A stretch of 64,000 nucleotides of DNA from Azolla caroliniana (lineage: Eukaryota; Plantae; Polypodiophyta), in the NCBI GenBank assembly GCA_043228905.1, contig JBHGNT010000011.1, forward strand, positions 8,990,001 through 9,054,000, in the 5' to 3' direction. The translations under genes were made by a program, and so were the position numbers. The notes under the pieces were generated by a model. It had not been told where the DNA came from. It ran no database searches and saw only the letters and a program-made list of their open reading frames with translations. Positions 61,601-64,000 of this stretch are shown here, one piece after another (position 1 is the stretch's first letter; every line of letters begins with the position of its first letter).

Positions 61601-64000
61601 ATCTCTCTAATAGTTTTCATCAAACTAGTGGGGGGTTTGAATAATGCAAGTCTCTCATGCTGCCAAGAGCCACCTCTTCGAAAAGCATATCTGAGTGTTG
61701 GCTTATAACTTACAGTGAATCACTTTACAATTGGATGCATACACATGAATCGCTGTCCACATGCCAAACCTGCAGCCTGCTAGTCGCGGCTCATTTGGTC
61801 TATAGACAATTGGCTGTTTGGCCATTTCCTTGTGTGGTGGGTAGCAATTGAAGGCTAAGTACCAGTTGTATTTCCATTTTCCCTCCTCAATCAAGCACTT
61901 CATTCCTTCTGGGCATCTTTGTAAGACATGAGACTCCTGATCCCATTCCGACCTCAATATGTGAAAAGAGTTTTCTGCCATATGTACTAATTTTTTGGAG
62001 ATGTGGTTTGACGTGGTTCAACAGCCCGGGCCCTTTCAAATCCTATGTGCGATTACCTAAAGGTCAGATGGGACTCTGATATCAGCCAAAAACAATGAAA
62101 AGGCATACAATACAAAAGCAAGCAATGGATGTGAAGCCAGATTAGAACGGTAAAACACACAACACCAATGATGCATAAATCCCTGGCTGGCAAGCATTAT
62201 TGAAAAGTCTTTTCCTCAACTCTTACTCTTGAGAGAGCTAGGGAACTTGTCAGGGAAATCTAAAGTATGTAGTTAAACAAGACGCTAAGAAAGGAGGACG
62301 TACGAGCCCTTCTTGCTTGCTGTGGATTGCACTAACTTTGTATTGCACATGGAAAGAGTATCTCAAAACCGTAAAGAAAAAACAGAGGATGCAGGGTCAT
62401 TTGGTAGACTTTTTCGTTGAAACAATGAATCGTCTGTCCAACTACTAACGAAGTTTATTGGGCTTCGCTTTGTCTTGGTTTTAAGCAGCCATAGATGACT
62501 GGAGATTGCAGAGCACACATTAAGATTTTCTACTGTGTTTGGTATGTTCCAACTCCTACTGCATCAAAAAGAATGCATTGGATGGAGGCTTGGGCATTGA
62601 GAGAGAAGGACACTTCCAAAGGCGAAGAAGGCCATAGGGAGATACCATCTGTGATCCATGGGTTTCCGATCTGGAAACTGTATCCAAGCTTCGTGGGCAT
62701 GCTGTCTGCTGCAGCTCTGCCTTGGACTTGAGAAACCTAGGGAACTGAAACATCATTGTACTAAAGGAAAGACAATCAACTTAGACTCCGTTAGTAGCAG
62801 TAAACAGGCAAAGGAAGGGACCCCAGAACGGGCACTTCCCTGGCCCCATGCGAGGGAGAACTTGCAGTAGCAAAGGGTGGCAACCCTTCCACAGAATTCT
62901 GGGAAGGTTGTATAATCTGAGAAGGTGATAGCCCTGTAGATCTTTCCTGGAAATTTTGATAACCGTTACAAAACATGGATAATACTGTTTGAGTAATGAT
63001 TGCTTTACCTGACTAATGGGGTTTTGCCCATACAGTGTCGTCCTGCCTGATTTGAAAAGTCACAAGGAGCAAGTAAAAAGAACACGGTTATTAAATAATG
63101 TCATAGAAAAGAACTCCACCTCTTGAGATGACATTTGTTTGGTCATACAACTAAGCTCGATTTTCTGATCCCCTTGAGGACACCCAGTTGTAAGCAGTTT
63201 ACTATTTCATTGCCTCGATCCACCACACTAACCAACATTGGGTACCATGTTTCCTCACCATCGCTCATCCCATGCATAGTAACTATATGCATCATGCATA
63301 AAACCATCCAAAGAAGTGGCCATTGCTATGGGGCATCGTCCTCCAAAATGAGAGTTTGATCCTCCATACCTGTTCTGATCTTATGAAACTCAGCACCTGG
63401 AAATATGCTTTAAAATTTTCAAATAATTCTATTATTCAAATCAATGATTGGTTGGATTTCTCGTCCATTGCGAGCCTTGAAAATCAATGTTGAGGATCTT
63501 CTATCACAAACATGTGATTAATGAGCTCTGTAGCACATTTCCTTATATAAATAATTTGATTGGATTTGAACTACCACTTCAGATGGGCATTAGAGGATGA
63601 TTAGAAGTGGCAGGCATGAGATTATCCAGTCTTTGGTTGCATTTGATAGTTACGGCCTAATAGGTGAAGAGACTTCTCCTATATTCAGCTATCACTATCG
63701 ATGAGGAAATTTGCATCATAGAGCCACAACCTTTCCCTTCTACAAGGGTAGTTTTAACAGGTGGAAGTTTTTGCTTGAAGGGACAAGATCATGGAACTTT
63801 TGAGGGAACGGGATCTGATTCAAACGGGATCTGATTCATTCTTATGATCTACAATCCTACTTTTAAGATAGGTGATGAGGTATGCAACATGTATCACTGG
63901 AATTGCAAGCAACGCAACTCAAGAGGAGCAAATTTAATAAATTGTCCACTTTCTTGCATACATTTGGAAACACAGCAAAAGAAACCCAGACACTAATTGT

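Noticed and set aside
58700-64000. Short ORFs and a diverged local duplication (~61270-61820) downstream of SEC62 exon 3
   Set aside because: No recognisable protein motif, terminal repeat or TSD; probably intron with old repeat debris. The next SEC62 exon was not found.

Overview
Eukaryotic plant DNA: spliceosomal introns, MED26-like and SEC62-like exons. The retroelement lineages suggest a non-seed land plant such as a fern or lycophyte (inference). The 3' part of a TFIIS-N/MED26-like gene (324-2130, +) and a damaged SEC62 copy (from 52101, +) bracket about 49 kb of nested transposons. These comprise a LINE relic, three Ty3/Gypsy elements, five Ty1/Copia elements, three related Copia solo LTRs, a hAT-type MITE and two tandem Mutator-like elements (MULE/SWIM transposase plus C2H2-like/Ulp1 protease cargo). 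Most boundaries were fixed from target-site duplications read in the sequence; nesting reaches five layers. The most interesting signals are cis-acting. (1) All three Gypsy elements carry correctly phased -1 ribosomal frameshift cassettes; one has an H-type pseudoknot placed AFTER the protease. (2) Two divergent chromovirus-like elements show co-varying self-priming signals, each with a palindrome at the predicted transcription start. (3) tRNA-like A/B-box modules sit in the LTRs of two unrelated Gypsy families. (4) A 184-bp near-perfect inverted repeat inside a MULE resembles a Mu-killer-type hairpin. All alignments and foldings were done by eye; no database search was run.
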